Shown: positions 27,806-37,237 of the stretch, piece after piece
Position numbering within the stretch: position 1 is the first letter of the stretch
Layout: the number at the start of each line of letters is the position of its first letter
NCBI GenBank assembly: GCA_965140445.1
Contig: OZ223236.1
Coordinates: 1,440,001-1,504,000, forward strand
Origin: Candidatus Ozemobacteraceae bacterium
GTDB lineage: Bacteria > Muiribacteriota > Ozemobacteria > Ozemobacterales > Ozemobacteraceae
Direction: 5' to 3'
Length of the DNA: 64,000 bases
The notes under the pieces: model-generated
Database searches by the model: none
The model's input: only the letters and a program-made list of their open reading frames with translations
Told to the model about the DNA's origin: nothing
Made by a program: the position numbers and the translations under genes

Positions 27806-28390
27806 CTAGCTTCCATATTTTTCAATTGTAAGCATGGCGAGTTTCCTAAATTCTTCAGAATAATTTTTTTCATACTCCGACCAGGTGCAAATTGTGGTGG
27901 TATCTTCTATACGGTCTATGAAGAGCTTACCGTTTAGATGGTCATTTTCATGTTGGAAGGTTCCCGCGGTTATTCCAGAATACTCCGACTCCACTTTTTC
28001 TCCGAAGCGGTCAAAGCCTCTAACTAAAATTCTAGGGCATCTATAGACTTGACCACGTAAATTGGGAACCGATAAGCAGCCCTCAAAATTTATGAAGCGC
28101 TCTACGGTCAAAAACTCAATTTCAGGGTTAATCAAAACCGTCAGAGGCAACTCTGGTTTATATGGATACCTGGGATTATTTTTTACTTCAGCAATAAAAA
28201 TTTGTAGCGGCTCTCCAATTTGTGGAGCTGCAATTCCGGCACCATTTACACTACGCATGGTAGCAATCATGCAATCAATTAAATTTTGAATAAAGTCGGA
28301 CGAAATCGCGTCTTTATCCACCTTTTTTGAGATTTGCCTCAATAAAGGGTTTCCGATCTCTAAGATTGGTTTAATTAACTGGTTGATCAT
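27806..28390 (-). CDS. def: Peptide deformylase
   Basis: GAGIAAPQIG, EGCLSVP, QHENDHLNG. Confidence 0.95.
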   Translation of the reverse strand: MINQLIKPILEIGNPLLRQISKKVDKDAISSDFIQNLIDCMIATMRSVNGAGIAAPQIGEPLQIFIAEVKNNPRYPYKPELPLTVLINPEIEFLTVERFINFEGCLSVPNLRGQVYRCPRILVRGFDRFGEKVESEYSGITAGTFQHENDHLNGKLFIDRIEDTTTICTWSEYEKNYSEEFRKLAMLTIEKYGS

Positions 28391-28493
28391 ACATGCTTAT
28401 AATAGCAGAAAAATTCCGATCTAAGTAGTCGCCTTTTTATGTTTTGTAATTTGCGATACTTCACAATGGCTTTAGTTGAAGGTAGAATGAAGC

Positions 28494-29222
28494 ATGATCA
28501 AAAAACGAGTTAAAGAGATTTGTAGAAAATCTTTTGCCAGATCAATTATAAGTCTAATTGCGCTGAATTTTTTTCTACTGATTAACAGTAGCTTTGCTTG
28601 CAATCTCGCATTTCATGAATGGAATAAATTGCTAAGCTATCAAACAGAACTTTCTGCACCTTTAGTTATTTTCAATGAATTGGAATTTCTTAAAACTCGA
28701 TATAACCCTGATCAAATAAGTGAGTTAAACTGCTTTATTCAGACTGAATCTTCAATGATGCTTCTTGAATTGTTTCATAGTTTTAAGCAGGGATGGATAA
28801 AAAAAATTCCCTTAAGATTCTTAACCAGTCGACCTATCGATTTTGTAGCGAACAAAACTTCTGAAATACTGTTGGGTTTTAGTAATTGTGTTTTGAAAGT
28901 GGCTTTGTTTAGCGACAAAAATAGCAATGGAAGATGTAAGCAATTGGTTTTGTTGCATGAATCAGAAGCCAGAACAGCATTCAACAATAAAGGTGACTTA
29001 AAGGTTGAAAGATTTTGCGCGCGCCATTGGGTTACAATGAAATTTTGGGATTTTCCTGTTCCAGAAAAAATAATTTCAATCTCAGTATATCCGGTTAACG
29101 GCCATGGCCTAGCTTTATACGAAAATAATATGCTTTCAGAGAAGCTTTTGAATGCAGGACTTTTGATGCGTCAGAATGAAGGTCTTGAAAATGTTCAAGG
29201 CCCGACAATTCCAGAGCTGTAA
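28494..29222 (+). CDS. Exported hypothetical protein
   Basis: 242 aa ORF with signal-like N-terminus (IISLIALNFFLLINSSFA). Confidence 0.55.
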   Translation: MIKKRVKEICRKSFARSIISLIALNFFLLINSSFACNLAFHEWNKLLSYQTELSAPLVIFNELEFLKTRYNPDQISELNCFIQTESSMMLLELFHSFKQGWIKKIPLRFLTSRPIDFVANKTSEILLGFSNCVLKVALFSDKNSNGRCKQLVLLHESEARTAFNNKGDLKVERFCARHWVTMKFWDFPVPEKIISISVYPVNGHGLALYENNMLSEKLLNAGLLMRQNEGLENVQGPTIPEL

Positions 29223-29234
29223 ATCCTTTAAATT

Positions 29235-29570
29235 CTAGAAATTGTATTTTGTAGCAGTAAAAGAGTAGTTATTTGCATCGATAAAATTATAGCTCCAGTC
29301 TTTTACTGCATCTGGTTCAGGGTCTGTTGGGATTTCGACAATGTAGCTGGGTACAAGTTTAGTAAGAACATCGGGATATGTTCCTTTATCTGATTTGTAT
29401 TCCATTAGAGCTTTTTTTAAAATATGCAGATTTGCTCTCATTACAGCATTTTGACTCTGAGAAACATAATCTTGATAATATGGAACTGCTAATCCAACCA
29501 ACGCAGCAATTATTCCAATGGTGATAACCAGCTCCAGTAGAGTAAAACCTTTATTTTTACCAATCTTCAT
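29235..29570 (-). CDS. GspG-like pseudopilin
   Basis: MKIGKNKG|FTLLELVITIGIIAAL; LKKALMEYKSDKGTYP..L..LV..YI.EIPTDP. Confidence 0.85.
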   Translation of the reverse strand: MKIGKNKGFTLLELVITIGIIAALVGLAVPYYQDYVSQSQNAVMRANLHILKKALMEYKSDKGTYPDVLTKLVPSYIVEIPTDPEPDAVKDWSYNFIDANNYSFTATKYNF

Positions 29571-30045
29571 ATTTTGTTTTTCCATCCAATGCTTTATTCC
29601 AGTTACCAACTCCACCTGTTGGAAATCTAATATCGAAAACATCTATTGATGAACTTGGATCTGTTTCTTTCAGGTGCCATGTGCCTGCTGCGTCACGAAT
29701 GTCCCATAAAAACACGTCTTTATGGTCTGTAAACGGGTTGCCGAGGGATTCTGAGGCGATAAATGGCCCCGAGTCTCCACCATTCCTGAGCTTTGCAGGA
29801 TCTATTGGGGATAAAAGAGCATTAATACTTGGTGGATAAGGCGAAGAGCCATCATTTTTTCGTGCTGCTCTATATTTATCTATGCTTTGTCTGATATCTC
29901 TAAGTCGCTCAATCAATAGCTTCTCGCGAGCCTTAATTTGGACAAGGTCAGCTGAAGGGATCGCAAAAAAGGTTAAAGCCAGTAATACGCCTACGACTGT
30001 AACCATTTCAAGAAGACTGAATCCTTTTTTGCAAACCAACATCAT
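29557..30045 (-). CDS. Type II secretion-like pseudopilin (C-terminal DG-x-x-Y-x-x-W type)
   Basis: KKG|FSLLEMVTVVG; REKLLIERLRDIRQSIDKY; VFDIR...ALDGKTKYEDW. Confidence 0.82.
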   Translation of the reverse strand: MMLVCKKGFSLLEMVTVVGVLLALTFFAIPSADLVQIKAREKLLIERLRDIRQSIDKYRAARKNDGSSPYPPSINALLSPIDPAKLRNGGDSGPFIASESLGNPFTDHKDVFLWDIRDAAGTWHLKETDPSSSIDVFDIRFPTGGVGNWNKALDGKTKYEDW

Positions 30046-30147
30046 AGGCTGATTATATCATTACCAACTCCTACTTTTTAAGTTTTGAGATTCTTTTTTT
30101 GTATTTGATGGTATTTTTTTGCTCCAAAACTTTATAGAAAGCTTGAA

Positions 30148-31134
30148 TTGGCCGATATAACAGATATGGGAAAAAAGGTTAATACAACATTTTCAATAGC
30201 CTCTCAATCTGCCCAAAATGGTTGGAACTGCTCTGCATGCGGAAAATCTAATGTTGAGAGGGCTTGTTTCTGTGGTGGATGTGGGGCAAAAAAAATCAGT
30301 TTTAACTCTAAGGAATCTCCACAAGTTAATCCACAGGTTAAAACCGCTAACTCGTTTGAAGATTTTGTAATGTCCTTTAAAAATCGTATAAGAAAAATAG
30401 CCGGAAACAGCAATACTTTAAAAACTCGTAATAAAACATCTTTTGTTTTCATTTCGATTTTTATTGTTTTTATAGTAACAATTTTTTTACTGAAAACTAT
30501 TTCGGCAGAGCAGGCGAAACAAAAGGCCATTCCTTGGGCTAAGATTCGAATTTATCTGGCGAATCATTTTAAGTTCTCACCAGCTGAGTTGGATTCTGCG
30601 CTTAATATCAGTTGCAGTATTATTCCTGCTCCTGACGCTACTATTAGAGTTGAGCAGTTGTTAAAAGTCGAGCAATGCCTGAGAAAAAAAATAGGAATCA
30701 AAAGTCTTTCGTTTTTTCCGAATCCATATTTTGAATTAACAGTTGATTCTTCAGGGCGAAAAGTATTTCAGGATATTCCGTTGGATCACCCTGCATATGT
30801 TGCTTTGCGGCCGTTGCTTGATCTAGGAGTTTGTTGCGAATCCGAAAAGAAATTTCTTAGCCCATACAACAAAATGTATCGTGATGACTGGAACAACATT
30901 AAAAATCAGTTTTTTACCATTCTGGCTTTAGAGGTTGAAAAAGATACAGATGCTCAATCTCAGGCAAAAGGGCCAATGAGTAATTATGAGCTTGGGGAAA
31001 GCATAAATGGTTTTCGACAGGTGTTAGGTATGAAACCTTCAAAAAATAAGTTATGGCCAGGAGAATTTTTCTATCCAAGCCGATTAGAGGCTCTATCTGC
31101 ACTGGCTCAGCTTATTGCCGAAATTGAAGGCTAA
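30148..31134 (+). CDS. Zinc-ribbon + TM + SLH-like domain protein
   Basis: WNCSACG...FCGGCG, TM FVFISIFIVFIVTIFLL, FQDIPLDHPAYVALRPLLDLGV (SLH-like), SRLEAL. Confidence 0.6.
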   Translation: MADITDMGKKVNTTFSIASQSAQNGWNCSACGKSNVERACFCGGCGAKKISFNSKESPQVNPQVKTANSFEDFVMSFKNRIRKIAGNSNTLKTRNKTSFVFISIFIVFIVTIFLLKTISAEQAKQKAIPWAKIRIYLANHFKFSPAELDSALNISCSIIPAPDATIRVEQLLKVEQCLRKKIGIKSLSFFPNPYFELTVDSSGRKVFQDIPLDHPAYVALRPLLDLGVCCESEKKFLSPYNKMYRDDWNNIKNQFFTILALEVEKDTDAQSQAKGPMSNYELGESINGFRQVLGMKPSKNKLWPGEFFYPSRLEALSALAQLIAEIEG

Positions 31135-31163
31135 CTGTAAAAAACGTTAAAACTATTTTTTAC

Positions 31164-31619
31164 TTAGCTATTTTCACGCTTTATTCTCTGAATGATTAGA
31201 TCCATACTCTGCAAAAATCTGGATCTATCCGTTTTTGAAAACGGTGGCGGCCCACCTGTAATCATCCCTTCTGCTCTAAGATCTGCCATAAGATTGCGGG
31301 AAGCTAGTATTTGTCCCATATTGTCTTCTGAAAAGATTTTTCCATTTGGAGACAAAACTGCTGCGCCAGCTTTTACACATCGATCAGCAAGTGGGATGTC
31401 GGCGGTTACAACTATATCATTTTTGCCAACTTGCTCAGCAATCAGATCATCTGCTGCATCTGGAGAGTTTTCCACAATTATTAGTTCGTTTAGCGGAGAC
31501 TCTGGAAGCCGCATGATGGAGTTTGCTACAAAGGTAACTTTAATATTACACCGCTGTGATACACGGCAGACTTCATTTTTAACGGGACATGCGTCCGCAT
31601 CTACAAATATTCTAATCAT
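31164..31619 (-). CDS. YaiI/YqxD (UPF0178) family protein
   Basis: IFVDADACPVK, DAADD, VVTADIPLA, GGPPPFSK.DR..F. Confidence 0.92.
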   Translation of the reverse strand: MIRIFVDADACPVKNEVCRVSQRCNIKVTFVANSIMRLPESPLNELIIVENSPDAADDLIAEQVGKNDIVVTADIPLADRCVKAGAAVLSPNGKIFSEDNMGQILASRNLMADLRAEGMITGGPPPFSKTDRSRFLQSMDLIIQRIKRENS

Positions 31620-31622
31620 AAA

Positions 31623-31651
31623 AATAGCCCTCTAATTATTAGAGGGCTATT
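31623..31651 (-). terminator. Hairpin/terminator overlapping the yaiI-like ribosome-binding site
   Basis: AATAGCCCTCTAAT-n-ATTAGAGGGCTATT perfect inverted repeat, followed on the minus strand by TTT then ATG. Confidence 0.6.
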
Positions 31652-31701
31652 ATAAACGTAATAATGTAAAAAGTCTTTTAAAACTCTATTGAACTTTTGA
31701 A

Positions 31702-32901
31702 TCAGGTCCTTATTTTTGACCGTGCTTCAAGAACTTTTAATGATTCTTTAAATCTTTCAAACACCGCTCTCGATCTCTGTGTGCAAAAGGTTAGCGGGCG
31801 ATTGAATGCCAGGGTGTTTTTCTTTTTGGCAAGAGCGTGAGCTAGCTTATTTAAGCCATCAAGGATTATTCCAAGTTTTTTGAAAAGCACCTCTCTTACT
31901 CTATCTTCAGTATTGTGACAAAGTTCTTTTGTTTTGTCTGTTCTGGCAACCATAGCCATTAAAACCTTGGTCATCACTTCTGGCTGACTTGAAAAGAAAC
32001 TTTCGACCTGAGAAAGCTGTAAGGCTATGGCGGAAATATCCGTTTTACAGATAACATCAGCCGTTCTGCTCATTTCAGGAACAGATTTTCCCAGATTTAA
32101 GAAAACAGCAATCTCTCCAATAAGGCTGCCAGGAGCATCAATAACAATGTTGGAATTTTGACCACCAATAACCACTTCGGCAATACCCTCAGTCAAAATA
32201 TAAAGGCGATCTCCGGGGGTTCCTTTTTTGCAAAGCAGCGTTCCTGCTTTAAAATTTTGAACCTTAACCGAGTTGCTCGGGAAGTTTACCACACTACAGG
32301 TAACCGATGAATCGGCTGTTTTAGGTAATGAAGGTTGTGTGGAAATCTCATGAGCCAGTTTAAAAGCTTCATGAGTAACAGCTGACTCGATGTCTGAATC
32401 TTTACGTGATGGCCCTACTATAGCTTTTAACTCATTAACCAGCGCAAGATAATCTCTTGCTGTAGATTTGAGAAAAATATCAATGTCGCATTCTTCTCTG
32501 GCTATTTTGGATAAATATGAGAAAAATTGCTTGAGAAAACGGGCAAAAGAAACGCAGGTTTTAACACCAATTTTGGGGCTTTCTTCAAATACTGACTTTA
32601 TATTGTCAGGGTTCGTAGCTGGAACCGCATAAACAGATGATTCATCCAGAGCAAAAACCGAAAAAGGCTGTGGTTGCCCCATCAAGGCTTCTATTTCACC
32701 AAAAAGCTCCTGATGAGATACTACGCCAAGCAGCTCAGCTGTAGAAAGCATTCTCTTTACGTCACTTTTATCAACAGGCTTATTTGAGCGAACCTTAGCA
32801 AATCTTCCCGAAAGCACTTTGAAGTAATCAGGAATCTTCTGACCCTGGAGAAAAACAGGTTCTCCAGGCATATATACTTGTGATTGGACTTCTGGACTCA
32901 T
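31702..32901 (-). CDS. Protein with two cyclic-nucleotide-binding domains
   Basis: YMPGEPVFLQG...LFGEIEAL and FKAGTLLCKKGTPGDRLYILTEG...PGSLIGEIAV...RTADV; no Crp HTH recognised. Confidence 0.8.
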   Translation of the reverse strand: MSPEVQSQVYMPGEPVFLQGQKIPDYFKVLSGRFAKVRSNKPVDKSDVKRMLSTAELLGVVSHQELFGEIEALMGQPQPFSVFALDESSVYAVPATNPDNIKSVFEESPKIGVKTCVSFARFLKQFFSYLSKIAREECDIDIFLKSTARDYLALVNELKAIVGPSRKDSDIESAVTHEAFKLAHEISTQPSLPKTADSSVTCSVVNFPSNSVKVQNFKAGTLLCKKGTPGDRLYILTEGIAEVVIGGQNSNIVIDAPGSLIGEIAVFLNLGKSVPEMSRTADVICKTDISAIALQLSQVESFFSSQPEVMTKVLMAMVARTDKTKELCHNTEDRVREVLFKKLGIILDGLNKLAHALAKKKNTLAFNRPLTFCTQRSRAVFERFKESLKVLEARSKIRT

Positions 32902-33097
32902 TTGTACACCTCTATTTTTTGCCAGAAATTTTACTCTTTTTTAAGAGCAAACAATTGTCTTTGCTGTTATTCATTAGCCATTCCCTTGAACCCATTTCCT
33001 CTTTATCTCTGTACAGCAAAAACAATTGTGGTAATTATACACACTTTTTTTGGAAAAGGTAAGTCTTTTTTGAAAAAAATGCTGCTTTGCGGAAAAT

Positions 33098-34924
33098 TTA
33101 TTCCTTCAAAATCCACTTGGCTTGATTTAATGCAGGGTTGGCACGCCTGAGAATTTCTTCAGGCTCCACTTCTGATATTTCGCTTTCGGTAAAATATATA
33201 TTTTCGTCATACATTGCCTTTAGCTCCAAATTGAAGTTGGCATTTTCTTCGTCCTTACTTATATAAACAATTTCATGGGCGTCTAAAAATCCTTCAGCAA
33301 AGCAAGACAGCTGATGATAACCTGGCTTTAAGCCCGTGAATGCAAAGGTTCCATCAATCTCTGATTTCAAAGATGAATCACCAATCTTAATGGTTGCTTT
33401 TGCTACTGGAATTCCTGAATTCAAGCTAACTACTCTTCCAGAAAACTTCAGCAATAATGGCTTGAGAGAGATTGTAAGTGGCTCTTTTCTGTATCTAATC
33501 CTGTGCTTGAGTCTTAGAGGTCTGTAGCCCTCGCAGTATGTTGTTATTTCAAAAGCCTGGTTGTGTTTTCCTGAGTAAAAGAATTCACCCTTTTCATTGG
33601 TTATAAGGTTTTTTCCTGAGAATACGACAATTGCACCATTTATAGGTTCTCCGGTGATCGAGTTAATGACCTTACCGGATAATTTTCTCTCAAAAACCCT
33701 GGGCTCTGATGCTTCTGTGGTTTCTGCTATTTCTGATTTTTTTTCTGTTGTTTCTTCATTCTGGAAGCTGGTCGGCATAGCTTCTTTCTGACTCGGCAAT
33801 GATTTAGGCCTGAGGTTGTCTTCAGGTATTTCCGATTTTAAAATTTCACTGGAGTTGTTATTGTCAGAACACTGTGTTGAATCTTTTCTTGAATAGATGG
33901 GCACTGAAAATCTTTTTCTTCTGTTTTCATGTTGCACTGTTTTTACCGGGGCAGAATAGGGCGCTTTTGCAAGTCGCTTTCTTTTAATCTCTGCGAGCTT
34001 TTCTTTTAATCTGATTCTTGCATTGCTCGTATATCCAGAGTTAACGGGAACTCTTCCTGCAAATGAGTCCTTGGTGAAATTTGCGTAATTCCTTTTTAGC
34101 TTTATAAGATTAAGCGATGGTAAGCCCATTTCCAGGATTATCTGCCTGGATTCAAGAAAAATAGGATGCCTGAAAGATATTTTAAAAACAGATGAGGGTG
34201 ATGCTTTTAAGGTAATCATTCCATCACTATTTAGCTTTTCCCAGTTTTCGCCATCTAATGTGTATTTCCATCCAACTAGCTGGATATCTCTTAGTGCACC
34301 TTTGGTTTTAACATATAGGTTTTTGCCGTCAAAAATGCTGATAATCATGTTTGAACCAAAGTAATTGATAAGCTGTGCAGAGATTGCTTTTAACTCAGAC
34401 TTCGTCATGTTTGCATCAGGAAAAAGCGAAGTTTCTTTGTAAAATTGTAATCCGCCTGTTCCAGCAAGTTTTTTTAGAGTTTGATTCAGCCAATGTTGAG
34501 GAGAAATATCCTTAAACTGGTGTTCGCATTCGATTAGAACGGGCTTTCTTTGCATGTCATCCATTGTTTGGTTCATTAGTTTGCCAAGATAATAAAGCCC
34601 TTCGCCTCTTGAAATTACTTCATTCATTCTCCATGTACCATTTGGAAGGCTTTTTATTATTCCTGCTGAGACAACAGATTCTATTTCTTCAGGTAGGTCG
34701 TCCGAAGGAAAGAACAGATCCCGAACCTTATCAGTGTTTTTTAAAACAGGTTTTAAAACTTTCTGAACTCTTGCCATTTCTGTTATTAAAGCGCGTCTTG
34801 TCACCAAATCAGAGTTTTGGAGAGCTTTGCTTTCACTTATAAAACCAGTTAAAACCGCAGTCAGGAATAAAACTGCGGTTGCAAATATCAGGCTTTTTTT
34901 TGAGAGATTTATACTATTTTTCAT
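33098..34924 (-). CDS. Exported protein with two SLH-like motifs and two carboxypeptidase-regulatory-like (prealbumin-fold) domains
   Basis: AGIIKSLPNGTWRMNEVISRGE; FKDISPQHW...FPDANMTKSE; LSGKVINSITGEPINGAIV; FSGRVVS...GLKPGYHQL; ATGA-coupled to the secretin gene. Confidence 0.7.
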   Translation of the reverse strand: MKNSINLSKKSLIFATAVLFLTAVLTGFISESKALQNSDLVTRRALITEMARVQKVLKPVLKNTDKVRDLFFPSDDLPEEIESVVSAGIIKSLPNGTWRMNEVISRGEGLYYLGKLMNQTMDDMQRKPVLIECEHQFKDISPQHWLNQTLKKLAGTGGLQFYKETSLFPDANMTKSELKAISAQLINYFGSNMIISIFDGKNLYVKTKGALRDIQLVGWKYTLDGENWEKLNSDGMITLKASPSSVFKISFRHPIFLESRQIILEMGLPSLNLIKLKRNYANFTKDSFAGRVPVNSGYTSNARIRLKEKLAEIKRKRLAKAPYSAPVKTVQHENRRKRFSVPIYSRKDSTQCSDNNNSSEILKSEIPEDNLRPKSLPSQKEAMPTSFQNEETTEKKSEIAETTEASEPRVFERKLSGKVINSITGEPINGAIVVFSGKNLITNEKGEFFYSGKHNQAFEITTYCEGYRPLRLKHRIRYRKEPLTISLKPLLLKFSGRVVSLNSGIPVAKATIKIGDSSLKSEIDGTFAFTGLKPGYHQLSCFAEGFLDAHEIVYISKDEENANFNLELKAMYDENIYFTESEISEVEPEEILRRANPALNQAKWILKE

Positions 34925-37122
34925 CTTTTTGTATTAACAAATTCAGTTGATTTATCTGAAATTGTTATTCCCTCTGTCCCAACAACTGATGGAGTTATCA
35001 AGACGACCATTTCTGTGCTTTCATCGGAATCAGAATTATGTTCGACCGGGCGAAATAGTCTTCTTAGGAATGGAATTCGATTTAGCAAAGGAACAGGACG
35101 CTTGGTTTTGTCCTTTTTACTTCTAATTAAGCCACCTATAACAACTGTTTCATTGTTTTTTACTCTTACTTTTGTTTTTATTAGTCGTTTGGCTGTCCAT
35201 GGATGACCTTCCACAAATTGCACCAGCTCAGTTAAATCGATATCAACATTCATGGTGATTTCATTGTCTTTGTGGATAAATGGCTGAACGCTTAGTTTTA
35301 TACCAATGTCGGTGGTTGTCCAATTTTCGCTGGACCTTGCGGCAAGTGAAGAAGAGGCAACTGGCAAATACTCGGTAGTAGTATTTTTTACTGGAATTTG
35401 CTCTGAAATATCGATTGTTGCTTCCTCTTTGTCCATACATCTTAGTGTTGGGTTAGCAAGAGTTTTGGCTTTTGAATTTTCCTTAAAACCTGTGAAGGTT
35501 GCGGGAATGATAGCTTGTGCTTTAGTCAGGTCACCAATATCGGAGGTTTGAGCCAGTGTATTGGGAAATGTGATTCCTAACTCTGCCAGATCTTTACGAT
35601 GTATTTCAATTAGTCGAATTTTAATCAACGCTTGTTTGGTGACTGGTCTGTCCAGTTCTTTGAGTAGTCTTAGAACTCTATTTATGGAACTTTCTGAACC
35701 GTGAATCACCAGTCTGTCTGTTCTCTTGTCAGGAACTATTTTTACATTTTCAGTTTTGCCAAGAGATTCAGTTATCAAGGTAATTAGTTCTTCTGGTTTT
35801 GTGTTTACAGGATGAAAAATCGCTCTGCTTGTTCCTTCTCCAGCAGTTTTTAATTTTTTACCAATGCTTTGGATCGTTGTTTGTACCAAATCAACAGCTT
35901 CTTTATCACCAATTAATACCAGGTTTCCAAGGTCCTCCTGAACTACCAGTCTCTTCGAAAGGGCTTCAGGGATAACCTCTTTTGCAAATGCTTTTAGGGT
36001 TTCAATTGGAACTTCTGATGAAATAACTCTGACCACTTTTCCAGCCATTTCTCTTGAACGCTGTGCAGTCATGATAATCATGGTCTTGTTATCAACTGGT
36101 TTGAAAACAAGGTTGTTTACTTTCAAGATTGTTTCAAAGGCACGTCTTATTGTCATTTTCTGCAAATACATTTGTACCGGTTTGTCTTTGCTTTCCAGAA
36201 GTGAATCATCCAGGACAATATTGAATTCTGCAATTTGCCCTAATGCGCGTAAAACATCTCCCAAAGCAAGTTTGCTTAGGTCTACACCTTCGACCATGTC
36301 GGAGTCAGGAAGCTTCAAAAGCGGATTCTCGGTTTTTGAAATCCAGATATCTCCATCTTCTTCTGTTATTGCTAATTCTAGCTTTTCTGCTATCTGCATT
36401 AATGCTTCCATGGGAGCGGCGGCATTTATATCAAGCTCAACGTTATTTGGGATAATATCTCTGAAGTGAACTGATTTACCCATCTGGCGAGTGAGTTCTA
36501 TGAACAGATTTCTAGGGTCAGCGTTTTTTACACTAATATTTAGAGGTTCACCAGACTTTTCGTCTGAAACAGATTTTGGATCAAATCTATTGGAATGGTT
36601 CTTTTTTACCTTATCTGGTGGAATTAAAGTATAAGATCTATTTTGATTTGATTCATTGTCTGGGTCTTTGAAACTTACTTCAAGTGACGATTCCAGATAT
36701 CTTACTCTTGGAGTTAATGGTTTTCTTAAAAAGAAAGTCGCTCTTATGACTGGTGGTTCCACAGAAACCTGGTTTAATCTGACCATTTTGGCAGGGCCAC
36801 CCGGAAAATTCATCAAAAAAGGGCTGGTATCTATTTTTCCGCCCAAAATATCTACAAAAAACAATGGAATTGCTTTTTCACGAGAAACTTCGGCCTTAAC
36901 CTTGCCGTCAAAACTCATTAAAAATTTTCCATGCCTGGCAACACTATTGCTGGACTTTATTCCCGGAACAAAATCCATGCGTAAAAAACGTCCTGGTTCT
37001 GAAAATCGCCCCAAGGCCTTTCCATAAAGCAAGACAGACGAAACTATAGCTACCATTACTATGGCAAAATTTCGTAGTGACACCAGTTTTTTCAGGCTAT
37101 TTTGAATTTTAAACAATTTCAC
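34921..37122 (-). CDS. Secretin (GspD/PilQ family) with AMIN-like and STN/N domains
   Basis: PDKRTDRLVIHG N-domain; ANPTLRCMDKEEATIDISEQIP; DIGIKLSVQP; ETVVIGGLI; VPLLNRIPFL; EMVVLITP. Confidence 0.92.
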   Translation of the reverse strand: MKLFKIQNSLKKLVSLRNFAIVMVAIVSSVLLYGKALGRFSEPGRFLRMDFVPGIKSSNSVARHGKFLMSFDGKVKAEVSREKAIPLFFVDILGGKIDTSPFLMNFPGGPAKMVRLNQVSVEPPVIRATFFLRKPLTPRVRYLESSLEVSFKDPDNESNQNRSYTLIPPDKVKKNHSNRFDPKSVSDEKSGEPLNISVKNADPRNLFIELTRQMGKSVHFRDIIPNNVELDINAAAPMEALMQIAEKLELAITEEDGDIWISKTENPLLKLPDSDMVEGVDLSKLALGDVLRALGQIAEFNIVLDDSLLESKDKPVQMYLQKMTIRRAFETILKVNNLVFKPVDNKTMIIMTAQRSREMAGKVVRVISSEVPIETLKAFAKEVIPEALSKRLVVQEDLGNLVLIGDKEAVDLVQTTIQSIGKKLKTAGEGTSRAIFHPVNTKPEELITLITESLGKTENVKIVPDKRTDRLVIHGSESSINRVLRLLKELDRPVTKQALIKIRLIEIHRKDLAELGITFPNTLAQTSDIGDLTKAQAIIPATFTGFKENSKAKTLANPTLRCMDKEEATIDISEQIPVKNTTTEYLPVASSSLAARSSENWTTTDIGIKLSVQPFIHKDNEITMNVDIDLTELVQFVEGHPWTAKRLIKTKVRVKNNETVVIGGLIRSKKDKTKRPVPLLNRIPFLRRLFRPVEHNSDSDESTEMVVLITPSVVGTEGITISDKSTEFVNTKR

Positions 37123-37237
37123 TCTTCTTTATTCGGCTTCTGTTTAAGTTTTTTAAAGTAATAATTTTATTTCTCATGCCGATATTTACAGTGGGTATAT
37201 ATATGCCAGAATTTTGTGAACTTAATATTGAGGAAAA

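Noticed and set aside
37123..37237. Sigma54 promoter for the pilus operons (TGGCAT on the minus strand)
   Set aside because: No TTGC at the -12 position
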